A DNA stretch of 64,000 nt from contig CAZDBH010000004.1 of assembly GCA_964503485.1 (NCBI GenBank), positions 56-64,055 on the forward strand, in the 5' to 3' direction. Shown here in pieces: positions 18,650 to 28,649 of this stretch. Made by a program: the position numbers and the translations under genes. Position 1 is the first letter of the stretch. Each line of letters starts with the position of its first letter. Under the pieces are notes generated by a model. It saw only the letters and a list, made by a program, of their open reading frames with translations, was not told the origin of the DNA and did not search any database. The stretch comes from an uncultured Bradymonadales bacterium. Lineage in GTDB: Bacteria; Myxococcota_A; Bradymonadia; JAFGEP01.

Positions 18650-18690
18650 CCTCGCGGGATTGCTCACGTCTTACTCTCTGTACTTGGTTA

Positions 18691-20151
18691 ATGTTCGTCT
18701 CACGTCAGGAACTGTTAGAGCGAGGGACACTTGTGAGAATCATCCCGCTGTCCAAATGGGCCGCTGCTATCTTGTTTGCGGGTTTGCTGCTTCCTGGTTG
18801 CCCAAAGGACCCGCCCGCCACTAGCAACCAGACCTGTCCAATCACCTGCCCTCTCGAATGGTGCAACCTGAATACGGGCCTGTGCGAACCGCCTGAGGAC
18901 GATGTGGTCGATGCAGACGAACCGGATGTGGTCGAGGAGGTCGCTGAACCGGATCCCGACACCACTCAATTGGGCGACGGCACGGTACAAAACGACATCG
19001 AAGAGGAACCAGACGTCGAAGACGAGCCCGACATAGAAGATGAGCCCGAGCTAGAGGTCGTTGAGGACATCGGCGAAAACGAAACCGATGGCGGCGAGGA
19101 CGATACCGGTGAACAGCAAGACATCCTCGAAGAACCAGAGGTCGAAGACGAACCCGACATAGATGATGAACCGGATATCCCAGAGACTGCGTGTCCCGAC
19201 CACCTCGAGCCGAGTGGAGACGACAACGTGATTCAGATCCACGAATCACTGATAATCGGCGATGTCGAGAGTTGTGTTGAGACCTATGATCCGCTGAATA
19301 CCAACGGATGCACCTGCGACGGCGCCGATTGCTGCCAGTGTGGTGGGGCCCAATCTCTGGCTTTGTGTGGTTTCGACGACGTGGACACCTATCGATTCGA
19401 CTTTCTGCGGGGCGACGTGGTGTCGATTCGAGTCATTCCGGACATACGAACAGACTGCTTCTCATATTTCGCGGTTGTCGATCGTTTGAAAGACGAAATC
19501 GGCACTATCGATACCGACTTTCAGCGGCGAGCCGGTTGCGACGGCAGTCGTGCGCTGGGCGTCAACTTGGTGGAACTCAATCCTGCAGAGCCATCCACAG
19601 GGGATCCTGGCACGATAGCGCGTTACCGACTTCGTGTGCGGTCGGCACAGGACGACCCGATTCCCTACCATATTCACGTGCAAGTCGAGCCCGTCAGTCG
19701 AGGCTGCGAGGGAGACCCCTGGGATGATGACATCAGCGTCCACACCGTCGGACGCGGTAGTGAAAAGCGCTGCAGTACCGACGATTGCACAGCCGACCTC
19801 ACCACAATCGGCGATCCTGTCGGTGTAGCGGGCAATCTGTGCCCGTGGGACCGGGTCGACTATGTGCGGCACGAAATCACGACGGAGTTCCCCAACACCC
19901 GCCGGGTAAAAATCCTATTCGACGGTACGGTCTCTCATCTGACCGGAAACCTGTGTCGGCTCGATGCGCTGGGTGATCCGACCGACTGTTGGGAAATCTG
20001 TCCGAGTTGCGACGACACAACCGTTAGCCCGTCCGGTATCGAGAGGGTCTTCGATGGCGCCGAAGGGCTCTGGCCAGCGGTTTATCAGCTCGAGGTCTCC
20101 TCAGACACAGCTCGGGCGAACCCATTCACCGTGCTGTTCCTAGACGAATAA
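18691..20151 (+). CDS. Lipoprotein with Cys-rich modules, acidic linker and PPC-like C-terminal domains
   Basis: Lipobox LPG|C; CPITC..C..C; E/D-rich linker; motifs LCGFDDVDTYRF and LCPWDRVDYVR, typical of myxobacterial PPC-like (pre-peptidase C-terminal) modules. Confidence 0.72.
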   Translation: MFVSRQELLERGTLVRIIPLSKWAAAILFAGLLLPGCPKDPPATSNQTCPITCPLEWCNLNTGLCEPPEDDVVDADEPDVVEEVAEPDPDTTQLGDGTVQNDIEEEPDVEDEPDIEDEPELEVVEDIGENETDGGEDDTGEQQDILEEPEVEDEPDIDDEPDIPETACPDHLEPSGDDNVIQIHESLIIGDVESCVETYDPLNTNGCTCDGADCCQCGGAQSLALCGFDDVDTYRFDFLRGDVVSIRVIPDIRTDCFSYFAVVDRLKDEIGTIDTDFQRRAGCDGSRALGVNLVELNPAEPSTGDPGTIARYRLRVRSAQDDPIPYHIHVQVEPVSRGCEGDPWDDDISVHTVGRGSEKRCSTDDCTADLTTIGDPVGVAGNLCPWDRVDYVRHEITTEFPNTRRVKILFDGTVSHLTGNLCRLDALGDPTDCWEICPSCDDTTVSPSGIERVFDGAEGLWPAVYQLEVSSDTARANPFTVLFLDE

Positions 20152-20242
20152 TGACGGCTCCAGCGAACTGATTTCCTGTTGACATGTCACCCGTCCTGGC
20201 TGCACATTCCGGCCCCGACACACAGTGGCAGAGGGGAATCAA

Positions 20243-20800
20243 ATGCCCATATTGACCATCAGAGACAGCGGCGAACGACTCGAGGATCTCTCGGCGGTTC
20301 AAGACTTCCTAGCAGTCTGGGGAATCTGGTACCGATACTGGGATGGGGGCGACGCTCTCGGAGACAATCCATCTAACGAGGCAATCCTCGCCGCCTACGA
20401 TGAACCAATCAAAGAACTGATGGCGAAAGGGGGCTACGTCACCGCCGACGTCATCAACATCGAGCCGACTATCGAAAACCTGGACGCGCTACTCGCCAAG
20501 TTCAGCAAGGAGCACTGGCACGCTGAGGATGAGATCCGATTCGTGGTTGGTGGACGTGGGGTGTTTCACATTAACCCCAAAGGCGGGCCGGTCTTCAGTA
20601 TCGAGGTTTCTGACGGAGACATGATCAATGTGCCTCAGGGGACTCTGCATTGGTTCGACCTCTGCGAAGAGCGCGCAATTCGCGCGATTCGGCTCTTCAA
20701 AGATATGTCGGGTTGGGTTCCGCATTATTCTGAATCGAACAAGGAACGGGACTACCAGCCTCTGTGCTTTGGTCCGTCCCACGTGCCTACCGATAAGTAG
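20243..20800 (+). CDS. mtnD: Acireductone dioxygenase (methionine salvage)
   Basis: EHWHAEDEIRFVVGGRGVF and VPQGTLHWF cupin metal ligands. Track start 20225; ATG 20243 has GAGGGG upstream. Confidence 0.93.
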   Translation: MPILTIRDSGERLEDLSAVQDFLAVWGIWYRYWDGGDALGDNPSNEAILAAYDEPIKELMAKGGYVTADVINIEPTIENLDALLAKFSKEHWHAEDEIRFVVGGRGVFHINPKGGPVFSIEVSDGDMINVPQGTLHWFDLCEERAIRAIRLFKDMSGWVPHYSESNKERDYQPLCFGPSHVPTDK

Positions 20801-20808
20801 GGGGCCCG

Positions 20809-21462
20809 ATGCCGGAATCGATGCAGATCGCCTGTGAACCTCACGGCACGCTCGAGGCCATCGCTTTCCACAGCGCGTTTCCGCAGCCTTTGGGGGCCAT
20901 CGGTTCGCCAGCCGACATTACAGCGTTCTTTGGCGACAAAGCCGCACCATTTCAGTCAGACGACAAGATTCGGCTACAAGTTCGCGATCTGCTCCGAACC
21001 GGCGGTTTCAAACCCACGGGGCGAAGCAAACCGGCAAGCGAATACCTCATCAAAGCGATCGAAAACGGGTGGTTTACCGCTGACAAGGGCATCAATCTCG
21101 CGGTCGATGCCTGCAACGCGGCCAGCTATCACTCGGGCCTTCCCATCAGTGTGGTGGACTTAGGTCAAAGTTCGGGGCCGTGGTCGATCAAGACCTGCCC
21201 CAGGGGCACGAGTTATGTCTTCAACCCGACCGGACAGGTCATCGATATAGGCGGACTCTTCTGTTTGCACGATGGGGACGGACCTTGCGCAGGCCCAGTC
21301 AAAGACTCGCAGAGAACAAAGACCCGCGATGAGACGACTGTGACCCTCAGCATCGTTTGGGGGACCAGCGATCTGACCGGACTGGCCCAACGAGTCGCTG
21401 AATGGTATCGAGGTCTGCTCGAAGGTCACGGCGTCACAACCCGACCGGTACCTGTCGTCTGA
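20809..21462 (+). CDS. B3/B4 (PheRS-beta-like) domain protein
   Basis: FKPTGRSKPASEYL, INLAVDACNAASYHSGLPISVVD, GPVKDSQRTK. Confidence 0.85.
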   Translation: MPESMQIACEPHGTLEAIAFHSAFPQPLGAIGSPADITAFFGDKAAPFQSDDKIRLQVRDLLRTGGFKPTGRSKPASEYLIKAIENGWFTADKGINLAVDACNAASYHSGLPISVVDLGQSSGPWSIKTCPRGTSYVFNPTGQVIDIGGLFCLHDGDGPCAGPVKDSQRTKTRDETTVTLSIVWGTSDLTGLAQRVAEWYRGLLEGHGVTTRPVPVV

Positions 21463-21495
21463 AGCAAATGGGCCTTCAGCGACGCAGAAAAGGAA

Positions 21496-21957
21496 ATGAA
21501 AATGGGCATCGTTTTTGAGACTCCCGATGGAATCCTGGACGCAGTAGGGCGTGACCTCGGAACTACCGATTGGGTCACCATCACTCAGGATCGAATCAAC
21601 ATGTTCGCCGACGCGACCGGCGATCATCAGTGGATTCACGTCGACACCGAGCGGGCAAAGAACAGCCCATTTGGCGGCACGATCGCCCACGGTTTTCTTA
21701 CCGTCTCGTTGGTTGCCAACTTCTTCCCCCAACTCCTCAGCGTCGAAAAGACGTCGATGGGCATCAACTATGGCTGCAACAAAGTCCGCTTCCCGGCTCC
21801 CGTCCCGAGCGGCTCCCGAGTGCGAGCGAAGGGTGAAATCGTCTCAGCTGAAGAGGTGAAGGGTGGGGTCCAAGTCGCTGTGAAGGTGGCTATCGAAGTC
21901 GAGGGCAACGACCGTCCGGCGTGTGTGCTGGAGAGCATCGCCCGATTCCTTCGCTGA
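21496..21957 (+). CDS. MaoC-family dehydratase (hot-dog fold)
   Basis: FADATGDHQWIHVD, TIAHGFLT, NYGCNKVRFPAPV. Confidence 0.92.
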   Translation: MKMGIVFETPDGILDAVGRDLGTTDWVTITQDRINMFADATGDHQWIHVDTERAKNSPFGGTIAHGFLTVSLVANFFPQLLSVEKTSMGINYGCNKVRFPAPVPSGSRVRAKGEIVSAEEVKGGVQVAVKVAIEVEGNDRPACVLESIARFLR

Positions 21958-21974
21958 GTAGCCCCGAGGTTCGT

Positions 21975-23003
21975 CTACTCCGGACAGATCCGAATCCCGC
22001 CGTCGACGCAACAGCTGCCGTCGAAACAGACCCCCTGTTCACCTTCGGCTTCGCAGAACTCACCAGTCTTGTTTTCGTGGCAAGACTGAAAACCGAGCAA
22101 CTCATGGTTGGGCTCTCCCGCCCTGCAGATATGTGCGGTCACGCCCTGAGTTCCCGATTCGTCGCAGGTGTCCGAAAAATTCGCGCATTCGTGGAGTGTC
22201 TTTGAGTCGGGAACCTCTAGACCGTTGGTTTCGACTTCGCATGGCTCCCCCTCCTGCCGGACCGGTGCCTGCAGACAGGAGAGGCGATCGTCGCTACAGC
22301 TAAACTCCTGGCAGTCTCGAAAATCGGTCCCATCCACATCACAAAATGACTCCGTCTCGCAGAACCAATCGTCACAGGTGGTCTGTTCCTCACATGTGTC
22401 GTCGACACAGCGATACTCGCAAACCCCGTCGTTGCAATGGTTGAGCCCCGGTGTGTCACAGGTCCCGCAAGACTCGCCGCAGATGGGGTCGTCGCCACAT
22501 TCCCGGTCACCGCACTCTCTTTCGCACGGAACTTCCGGTTCCTCGGGGTCACCTCCCGAATCCGGATCGGTGGCGGCGTCGTCCTCGACCTCTTCGTCGA
22601 TTTCCCGGTCGCTTGCCTCGTCGAGCTCAATGTCCTCGGTTGGTTGGTCGGACACTGAATCGAGCAGTTCGTCGGGCGCGACGTCACTCACCTCAGGCTC
22701 GATATCACCCATCTCAGCGTGCGACGCGTCTGTGGGTTCGGCGTCGTCCACGACCGCATCGCCCTGCCCCGTGGTGTCACTCTGGTCGTCGCTGTCCGAT
22801 TCGTCGTGAACCTGAGGTACGTCGTGTTCGACTGTGGTCTCAGCGTCGCCGATTCGACCGTCTGTCGGTGTTTCTGAGTCGGTGGTGGGCAGTTCGAGCG
22901 CTTCTGGGCAACCGCTCAGTGCAACTGCAAGAATCCCGATGAACGCTGTTCTGATCAAACTGTCTGCGATCGCGGTCATTGTGGACTCATGATAGGCGAG
23001 CAT
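21975..23003 (-). CDS. Lipoprotein with acidic linker and Cys-rich repeats
   Basis: Lipobox LSG|C; D/E-rich linker; CGDRECGDDPICGESCGTC and further Cys clusters. Confidence 0.75.
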   Translation of the reverse strand: MLAYHESTMTAIADSLIRTAFIGILAVALSGCPEALELPTTDSETPTDGRIGDAETTVEHDVPQVHDESDSDDQSDTTGQGDAVVDDAEPTDASHAEMGDIEPEVSDVAPDELLDSVSDQPTEDIELDEASDREIDEEVEDDAATDPDSGGDPEEPEVPCERECGDRECGDDPICGESCGTCDTPGLNHCNDGVCEYRCVDDTCEEQTTCDDWFCETESFCDVDGTDFRDCQEFSCSDDRLSCLQAPVRQEGEPCEVETNGLEVPDSKTLHECANFSDTCDESGTQGVTAHICRAGEPNHELLGFQSCHENKTGEFCEAEGEQGVCFDGSCCVDGGIRICPE

Positions 23004-26000
23004 GGCGATAATGACATGGGACTTTTGTTTCAGCGCTGCGCCGTCTCCGCCGTCGCGCTCCGAACCACAATATGATGAGCGCCAGACTGGCTATCGGCTC
23101 TGGATTGGAGCGATCTCCCACCGAACAGTCGCAACCCGATTGAGGGACCTCTTCCACAATGGGTGGCTTACCATCACTCTCGACGCTAACCTCTCGATCG
23201 ACGTCCCCGACCTCGGCGGGCACATCGTCCGGTTCGGTCTCGGAGGAGTCGGAGTCACTCGAGTGGCTCCCTTCGTCCGATTCCTCATCGTGGGTGTCCA
23301 GGTCTCGACTTATATCAGGGGAGGTGTCGAGCCGCGACTGCGGATCGGAGTCCGGATCGAGCTGAATGTCGGCAATATCCGGACTGGAGTCCGCGAGCAG
23401 GTCGGTGAACACGTCAGATGGCTCGACGTCGACCGAGATCCCATCTCCGGAGTCGGAAGCTGAGTCGAATCCGACATCTGCGACGTCCAAATCAGCGACT
23501 GCGTCGGCGTCCGCACTATCGCCGCTGTCCTCTGAGTGGGGCGGTTCGAACATGACCTGTCCCGTCACATCGGTTGCTTCACCGTTCAACCAAACCCTCA
23601 CATCGACTACCCCGCCTCCGTCAGGAGGGGGAATCTCAACGCAGAAGCTTCCAACTTGGCAGTATTCCGCCATCCAGCTCGTCGAGTTATCCAACGGGCG
23701 AAGTTCAACGGTGACCACACTCCCGGCTGCGTCCTTGTTCTCGTCGAAGGGCATGATCAGACCCTCAGCGGGCTCGCCCGGCGGTATCAGACCCTCTGTC
23801 AGCTCCAACCTCGTGTCACCGGGAGAAAGGACCACGGTTCTCGGTGTGCGCAGAAGGAACTCCGTAACCACTCCGAGTGGCAGATCGTCGTAGGTCAGCT
23901 CGACTCTTCCCACTCCGGGTTCGGTGCCGCACCGGAGCATCGCCGTGTACCTTCCGCGCGAGTGGGATGGCTCTTCGATGAGTTCCGCACCTGTCACATC
24001 GAACTGCAAGTCGTCCACTTCTGGCAGGATGTGCCCGTCTGCGTCCAAGAGCAATGCGACAATCGCGATGATGTCTTGGCCGTCCGCGTAACAACCGGCT
24101 TGAGAGGGCCCACTCGGACTGGTCTCGTCATCAATGGCCGCAGCGACGTCGTCGTTGTCCGCCCACGCTCTGACCGAAAAGCCGTTTCCGATTTGCTGAC
24201 CCGCGACCTCGATGTGCAAGCGTTGCCCGTCGTCCTCTTCGTTCACGAGGATATCCGCAGAGAACACTCCCGCGCGGTCGGCTGACATACTCTCCTCGTG
24301 GGGAGTATCCCCGATCATTATGCGAATCGCGCTGACGTCATCGAATGGCCGGCCGTTGGCGTCGCGCAAGAAGGCGTTCACGGACACCTGTCCCGGCAGC
24401 GGATGGCGCAACCACACCTCAGACAGACTGTCATCGACCGGGGAGTTGGCTGGAATCTGGAGGGTTTCACCGACAGCGACGCCATTTCGCGTAGCCCTGA
24501 GGGTGAGCTCGGTCTCGGGCACGACGATCGTAGCCGTTCCCAACCCATCTCCTAGTGGCTCCACGGTCTCGACGACGGCACCGGCCAGTAGAAGACCCGC
24601 AGTTCCTGTCCCCACATCGATGAATATCTGCAGCTCCGCTCCCTCGACCGGGATTGCTGGGTAGAATCGAAGGTCAGAGGCGTCCAGCGGATGCACTCTC
24701 AGCCTTGGATGGGCGGGCTGCATCACGTCGTCTAGGAGGACATCCAACCGAATCTCACCCGGGTCGGTTGGAGTGGGTATCTCGATGGTGTAAAGGCCAC
24801 CTCCCGCGTCGGTTGCCTCCTCCTCCTCGCCGTCGATATAGACTTCGACGCTGTGGCCCGACCCCAACAGGCCACCGGTCTCGTCCCTCGGTTCAATCGT
24901 GAGTGTCGCGACCTCGTCCGAACCCGCGGTCAGATCTCGAGTTGACAGCCGCAGCCAGTCCGGCTCCTGGGCTGCGCGCATCTCGCCTGGCGCGACTGCC
25001 TCGATGACTTGGTGAACTCCGCTAGGCCACCAGATCGCGACATCGGCGCTGTCGCATTCCTCGGGAATGCCGATCCACACGAAGCTTCCGACCCGAGACG
25101 AGCCGAAGGTCCCTCCGGCGAAACTCTGGCGAACGATGTGGTGGTCCTCGCACGTGGTGGTCAAGCGGGCCCCGGGAGCCCCTGGTGCGGACACACTGCT
25201 GATGAGCTGAACCCTTGCCGGGCGAGCACTTCCGCCGTTGGTCAGGAGTAGCGGAGGCCGACCCGAGGTCCCACCCACGACATCCTGGCGGCCATCCTGC
25301 GTCAGATCTGCCACGAGCATGCCGCGCGCCTGTGGATTGGTCGCTGGGGTCAAGCCCGTCAGAAGCCGCGTTGTCTCGGGACCCTCGCCGAAGCGCCACA
25401 GGGCGTCTCGTTGGTCGGGACTATTCTTGAGGTACTCCATGGCGAGCAGTTCCCCGGAGCGGATCCACAGCTCGTCGTATCCGTCGCCGGTGATATCAAA
25501 AGCGTCCGGTGCCCAACCAATGCGGAGACCGATATCCGAGAAGTCGTTCTCGAGCCCCCAAATGGCCGTCGCATCAGTGAATCCTTCGCCGTCCCACCGA
25601 TGGAACACGTGGCGCCCGATACTGGTCTGAATCAGATCGAGGTCCCCATCCCGATCGGGATCGAGGAAGGCAACGCCCATCCCGTACACACTGGGCCCGA
25701 ATTGCCATTCCTCGGTCATATCTGTGAAGCCCCAGGTGTCCCCCGTCGGTCCGTCGTTTCGGTACACGCGCGAGGGGATGTAGAATGTCCCGAAGTCGTT
25801 GATTGCAAAGAGGTCCAGGTCGCCGTCGCGGTCGATATCTGACCAGGCAACGGCCAGGGTGGCCCCGCGGTTGGCGACTCCCACCTGGCTCGCGATGTTG
25901 GTGAATCGACCGGTGCCGTCGTTGACCAGGAGCTCGTCAACGTCGTTGTTGTGATAGGGAAAGAAAGCGCGTGCTACATAGTTACCAACAAAGATATCTA

Positions 26001-26520
26001 AGTCGCCGTCGCCGTCAAAGTCCGCAGCAGCCGCCGAACGCGAAGCCGTTCGGGCACCGTCCAGATGAGTTCGCGTGACGTCCTCAAACGAACCCCCACG
26101 GTTGAGGAGCAGGCGATTCTCGCCGGTGCGGCAGAGGAATAGGTCCTCGGCGCCGTCCCCGTTGAAATCGCCTACCGTAAAGCCCGTCGCAGCGAACTCA
26201 GAGGGCATACCGGGTTCTACCTCGGCGGTCGAAACCAGGCCGGCCGACTCGCTTTGGTTGTCAAACGCGGCCTCGCCGGACTCACTGTTGTTCTGATAGA
26301 GTTCGACGTCCCGCTCCCCCATCGTGAATACGACATCGATATCTCCGTCCTCGTCGTAATCCAGACCGGCCACATTACCCGCCAACTGGAATGGCTCTGA
26401 GCGTTGAAACAGGGGGAAATCTGCTTCTGAGGCCGCGTTGATAAAGGGCTCTTGGGCGAGCAAACCAGCAGACAATATGGTGGCGACAAAGAAGAAGGTG
26501 AGTGATGTCCCCCGCCTCAT
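22987..26520 (-). CDS. CRTAC1-like FG-GAP/ASPIC-UnbV protein with invasin-like Ig domains and MYXO-CTERM-type sorting signal
   Basis: Repeated DYDEDGDIDV / DFNGDGAEDL / DFDGDGDLDI / DIDRDGDLDL FG-GAP motifs; ASPIC-like GAPGARL..GGTFGSS..IWWPSG; Ig YADGQD..LLDADG; tail SGCDCSV-hydrophobic-RRRRRR. Track start 26676; likely ATG 26520 (signal peptide). Confidence 0.85.
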   Translation of the reverse strand: MRRGTSLTFFFVATILSAGLLAQEPFINAASEADFPLFQRSEPFQLAGNVAGLDYDEDGDIDVVFTMGERDVELYQNNSESGEAAFDNQSESAGLVSTAEVEPGMPSEFAATGFTVGDFNGDGAEDLFLCRTGENRLLLNRGGSFEDVTRTHLDGARTASRSAAAADFDGDGDLDIFVGNYVARAFFPYHNNDVDELLVNDGTGRFTNIASQVGVANRGATLAVAWSDIDRDGDLDLFAINDFGTFYIPSRVYRNDGPTGDTWGFTDMTEEWQFGPSVYGMGVAFLDPDRDGDLDLIQTSIGRHVFHRWDGEGFTDATAIWGLENDFSDIGLRIGWAPDAFDITGDGYDELWIRSGELLAMEYLKNSPDQRDALWRFGEGPETTRLLTGLTPATNPQARGMLVADLTQDGRQDVVGGTSGRPPLLLTNGGSARPARVQLISSVSAPGAPGARLTTTCEDHHIVRQSFAGGTFGSSRVGSFVWIGIPEECDSADVAIWWPSGVHQVIEAVAPGEMRAAQEPDWLRLSTRDLTAGSDEVATLTIEPRDETGGLLGSGHSVEVYIDGEEEEATDAGGGLYTIEIPTPTDPGEIRLDVLLDDVMQPAHPRLRVHPLDASDLRFYPAIPVEGAELQIFIDVGTGTAGLLLAGAVVETVEPLGDGLGTATIVVPETELTLRATRNGVAVGETLQIPANSPVDDSLSEVWLRHPLPGQVSVNAFLRDANGRPFDDVSAIRIMIGDTPHEESMSADRAGVFSADILVNEEDDGQRLHIEVAGQQIGNGFSVRAWADNDDVAAAIDDETSPSGPSQAGCYADGQDIIAIVALLLDADGHILPEVDDLQFDVTGAELIEEPSHSRGRYTAMLRCGTEPGVGRVELTYDDLPLGVVTEFLLRTPRTVVLSPGDTRLELTEGLIPPGEPAEGLIMPFDENKDAAGSVVTVELRPLDNSTSWMAEYCQVGSFCVEIPPPDGGGVVDVRVWLNGEATDVTGQVMFEPPHSEDSGDSADADAVADLDVADVGFDSASDSGDGISVDVEPSDVFTDLLADSSPDIADIQLDPDSDPQSRLDTSPDISRDLDTHDEESDEGSHSSDSDSSETEPDDVPAEVGDVDREVSVESDGKPPIVEEVPQSGCDCSVGDRSNPEPIASLALIILWFGARRRRRRSAETKVPCHYRHARLS

Positions 26521-26717
26521 CGTGTGAGCTCTTCGGCCTCTATTGCGTGGTCGACGAACCACTGTACTGATTGGGTCATTCGTCAAAAGCACAGGCAGAC
26601 TGTACCTGACTCGTTGAAGCAAACCCAATCCAATGTAATCGCGGCAGTCCTGGCAGCTGAGAGCCAACCAATCCAACCCCTCGCGTTGGGTAGGTTGGCG
26701 AGAGGGCGAACCGACGT

Positions 26718-28613
26718 TTAGTAGTGAGTTTGCGCGTCTAGCGTGTTTCTAGACGGGTCCATCTCATCGAAGAAGATCATGTCGGGCAGCGTGTTGCGAA
26801 CGAACGGCTTGGCCGCCGCACTGCTCGGAAACTGTTTTTGGCCCGTGTAGACCTTACCGCCGACACCGAATTTGTAGTGGAGGACAACGTACTGGGTACC
26901 AAGGGCCGACGTGTGAACCACGACCTCCGTCAACGTCCCGTCGGTGTGGTCGAGGTAGCGGTCCCCACGCTGTGCTTTTTTGCGAGCCTTGCCGGCTACG
27001 AAGTAGGACACGCCATAGACTGCGAGAACCGCGCCGAGAACCAACGCGACCACGCCGCCCGATCGGGCCAATCCCAAAGCCAGCAGAAGAATACCAACCG
27101 CAAAGAAGGCCCAACCGACCGGCTCGCAGTTCGGTGTCGTCGGCACGATCGCCCTCCAATGGGCGTCTTGCGCTTTCCGGACCGGCACGTCGAGGGGCTT
27201 CTTCTTCTTCTGTTTCTTCTTTCGCTTCTTCGTGGATGCCGTCTTCTGCTTCGGTTTGACGGCGTTCTTTGTGCCCGTGGTCTTCGAGCTCGTCCTCTTT
27301 GATTTGGCGCCTTTCGGTTTAGCGGCCTTGGGCTGGGTGCCGGTCGTTTTTCGCTTGGACTTGACCGGAGTGGTTGGCTCGGAGGTGCCAGTCTGTTTCT
27401 TGGCCTTCTTTGATGGGGCAGCCTTCTTTGACGGGGCGGCTTTCTTTTCTTCCACAACCGGGTTGGGTTGAGTATCTGACGCTTCCCGTTTGGGCTGCCC
27501 CGCTTCGGGAATGACTGGCTCTTCCAGGATTCTGGTCGGTCCGGCGTCCAGTGCGATGGCTGGACTGGCGGACACGGCCGATAGCGCAGCGTCGGTGACG
27601 TCCAGAGTTGCCTTCGCGGACTTGCCGAGCTCAGGCCCAGGTCGCTCTACCGGCTTCGCAGCGGGAGAGACGGCCATGAACTGTTTAGGAGGCGTAAACC
27701 GTGCAGAGCGTTGCAGATCTGCCATTTCACCCGGGTGGTCGTCGACCCAACGCTGCAGAGCGTTCCGCAGGCTCAGAGCCGACTGATAGCGATCCTCTGC
27801 GGCCGGCTCCATTAGGAGATCGAGAACAGCAGCCAAGTGAGAGTCGACGTCGATGTAGCGGTGGATGTTGGGCTTGAGACGACGAACCTCCATCTTCTCG
27901 GGCGATCGACCCGAGAGCAGGTGGACTGCGGTTGCGCCCAGCGAATAGAGATCGGTTGGCGCCAACGCTCTGGCCTGGAACTGCTCTGGCGCCATGTAGC
28001 CGAAGGTCCCAACCACACTGGAACCTGCGACCTTGGGATCGGCCAACGCTTCGCGCACCGCACCGAAATCGACCAGGACGCACGTACCATCGCTGCGCAT
28101 GATGACATTCGACGGCTTGATGTCCCTGTGAAACAGAGGCGGGCTCATACTGTGTAGGTACTCGAGCGGTGCCAAACAGCTCAGCATGATCTCGACCACA
28201 GAGGCAGGACTAAATGCGTGGCCATCACTCAGTCGATGATGAAGAGAACGGCCGGGCACATACTCTTGAACGAGGTAGAGGGTGATCGTCTCGTCACTCT
28301 CCCCCATCATGGTTTCATAAAAGGTTGGGATCTGGGGATGCTTCAGGGCCCTCAGGGCGTCGGCTTCTCGCTCGAACATCTCGATCTGACGTCTGTTCTT
28401 CGACTTGACCAGTTGGATCGCTTTGATGGCGACCAACCGATTTCGATCGTGGTGTCGGGCCAAGTAAGTTGTCGCCAGGCCTCCTTCGCCGAGGACTTCG
28501 AGCAACTCGTATTTGCCGACCGTAGTAGACTCGAGTTTGTGTCGTTTTTCAGTCACCGCTTCCCTGCGCGCTCTGAGACAATCGGCCGGGACTTTAGCAC
28601 AAGGTGTAGGCAA
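26718..28613 (-). CDS. Membrane Ser/Thr protein kinase (Hanks type) with Lys-rich linker and C-terminal DUF3592-like domain
   Basis: LGEGGLATTY, VAIK, HRDIKPSN, DFG, GTFGYMAPEQ; two TM helices near the C-terminus. Confidence 0.9.
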   Translation of the reverse strand: MPTPCAKVPADCLRARREAVTEKRHKLESTTVGKYELLEVLGEGGLATTYLARHHDRNRLVAIKAIQLVKSKNRRQIEMFEREADALRALKHPQIPTFYETMMGESDETITLYLVQEYVPGRSLHHRLSDGHAFSPASVVEIMLSCLAPLEYLHSMSPPLFHRDIKPSNVIMRSDGTCVLVDFGAVREALADPKVAGSSVVGTFGYMAPEQFQARALAPTDLYSLGATAVHLLSGRSPEKMEVRRLKPNIHRYIDVDSHLAAVLDLLMEPAAEDRYQSALSLRNALQRWVDDHPGEMADLQRSARFTPPKQFMAVSPAAKPVERPGPELGKSAKATLDVTDAALSAVSASPAIALDAGPTRILEEPVIPEAGQPKREASDTQPNPVVEEKKAAPSKKAAPSKKAKKQTGTSEPTTPVKSKRKTTGTQPKAAKPKGAKSKRTSSKTTGTKNAVKPKQKTASTKKRKKKQKKKKPLDVPVRKAQDAHWRAIVPTTPNCEPVGWAFFAVGILLLALGLARSGGVVALVLGAVLAVYGVSYFVAGKARKKAQRGDRYLDHTDGTLTEVVVHTSALGTQYVVLHYKFGVGGKVYTGQKQFPSSAAAKPFVRNTLPDMIFFDEMDPSRNTLDAQTHY

Positions 28614-28649
28614 TTCAACAAGCTGCTTGACCCAGCGGGCCCGGACGGC

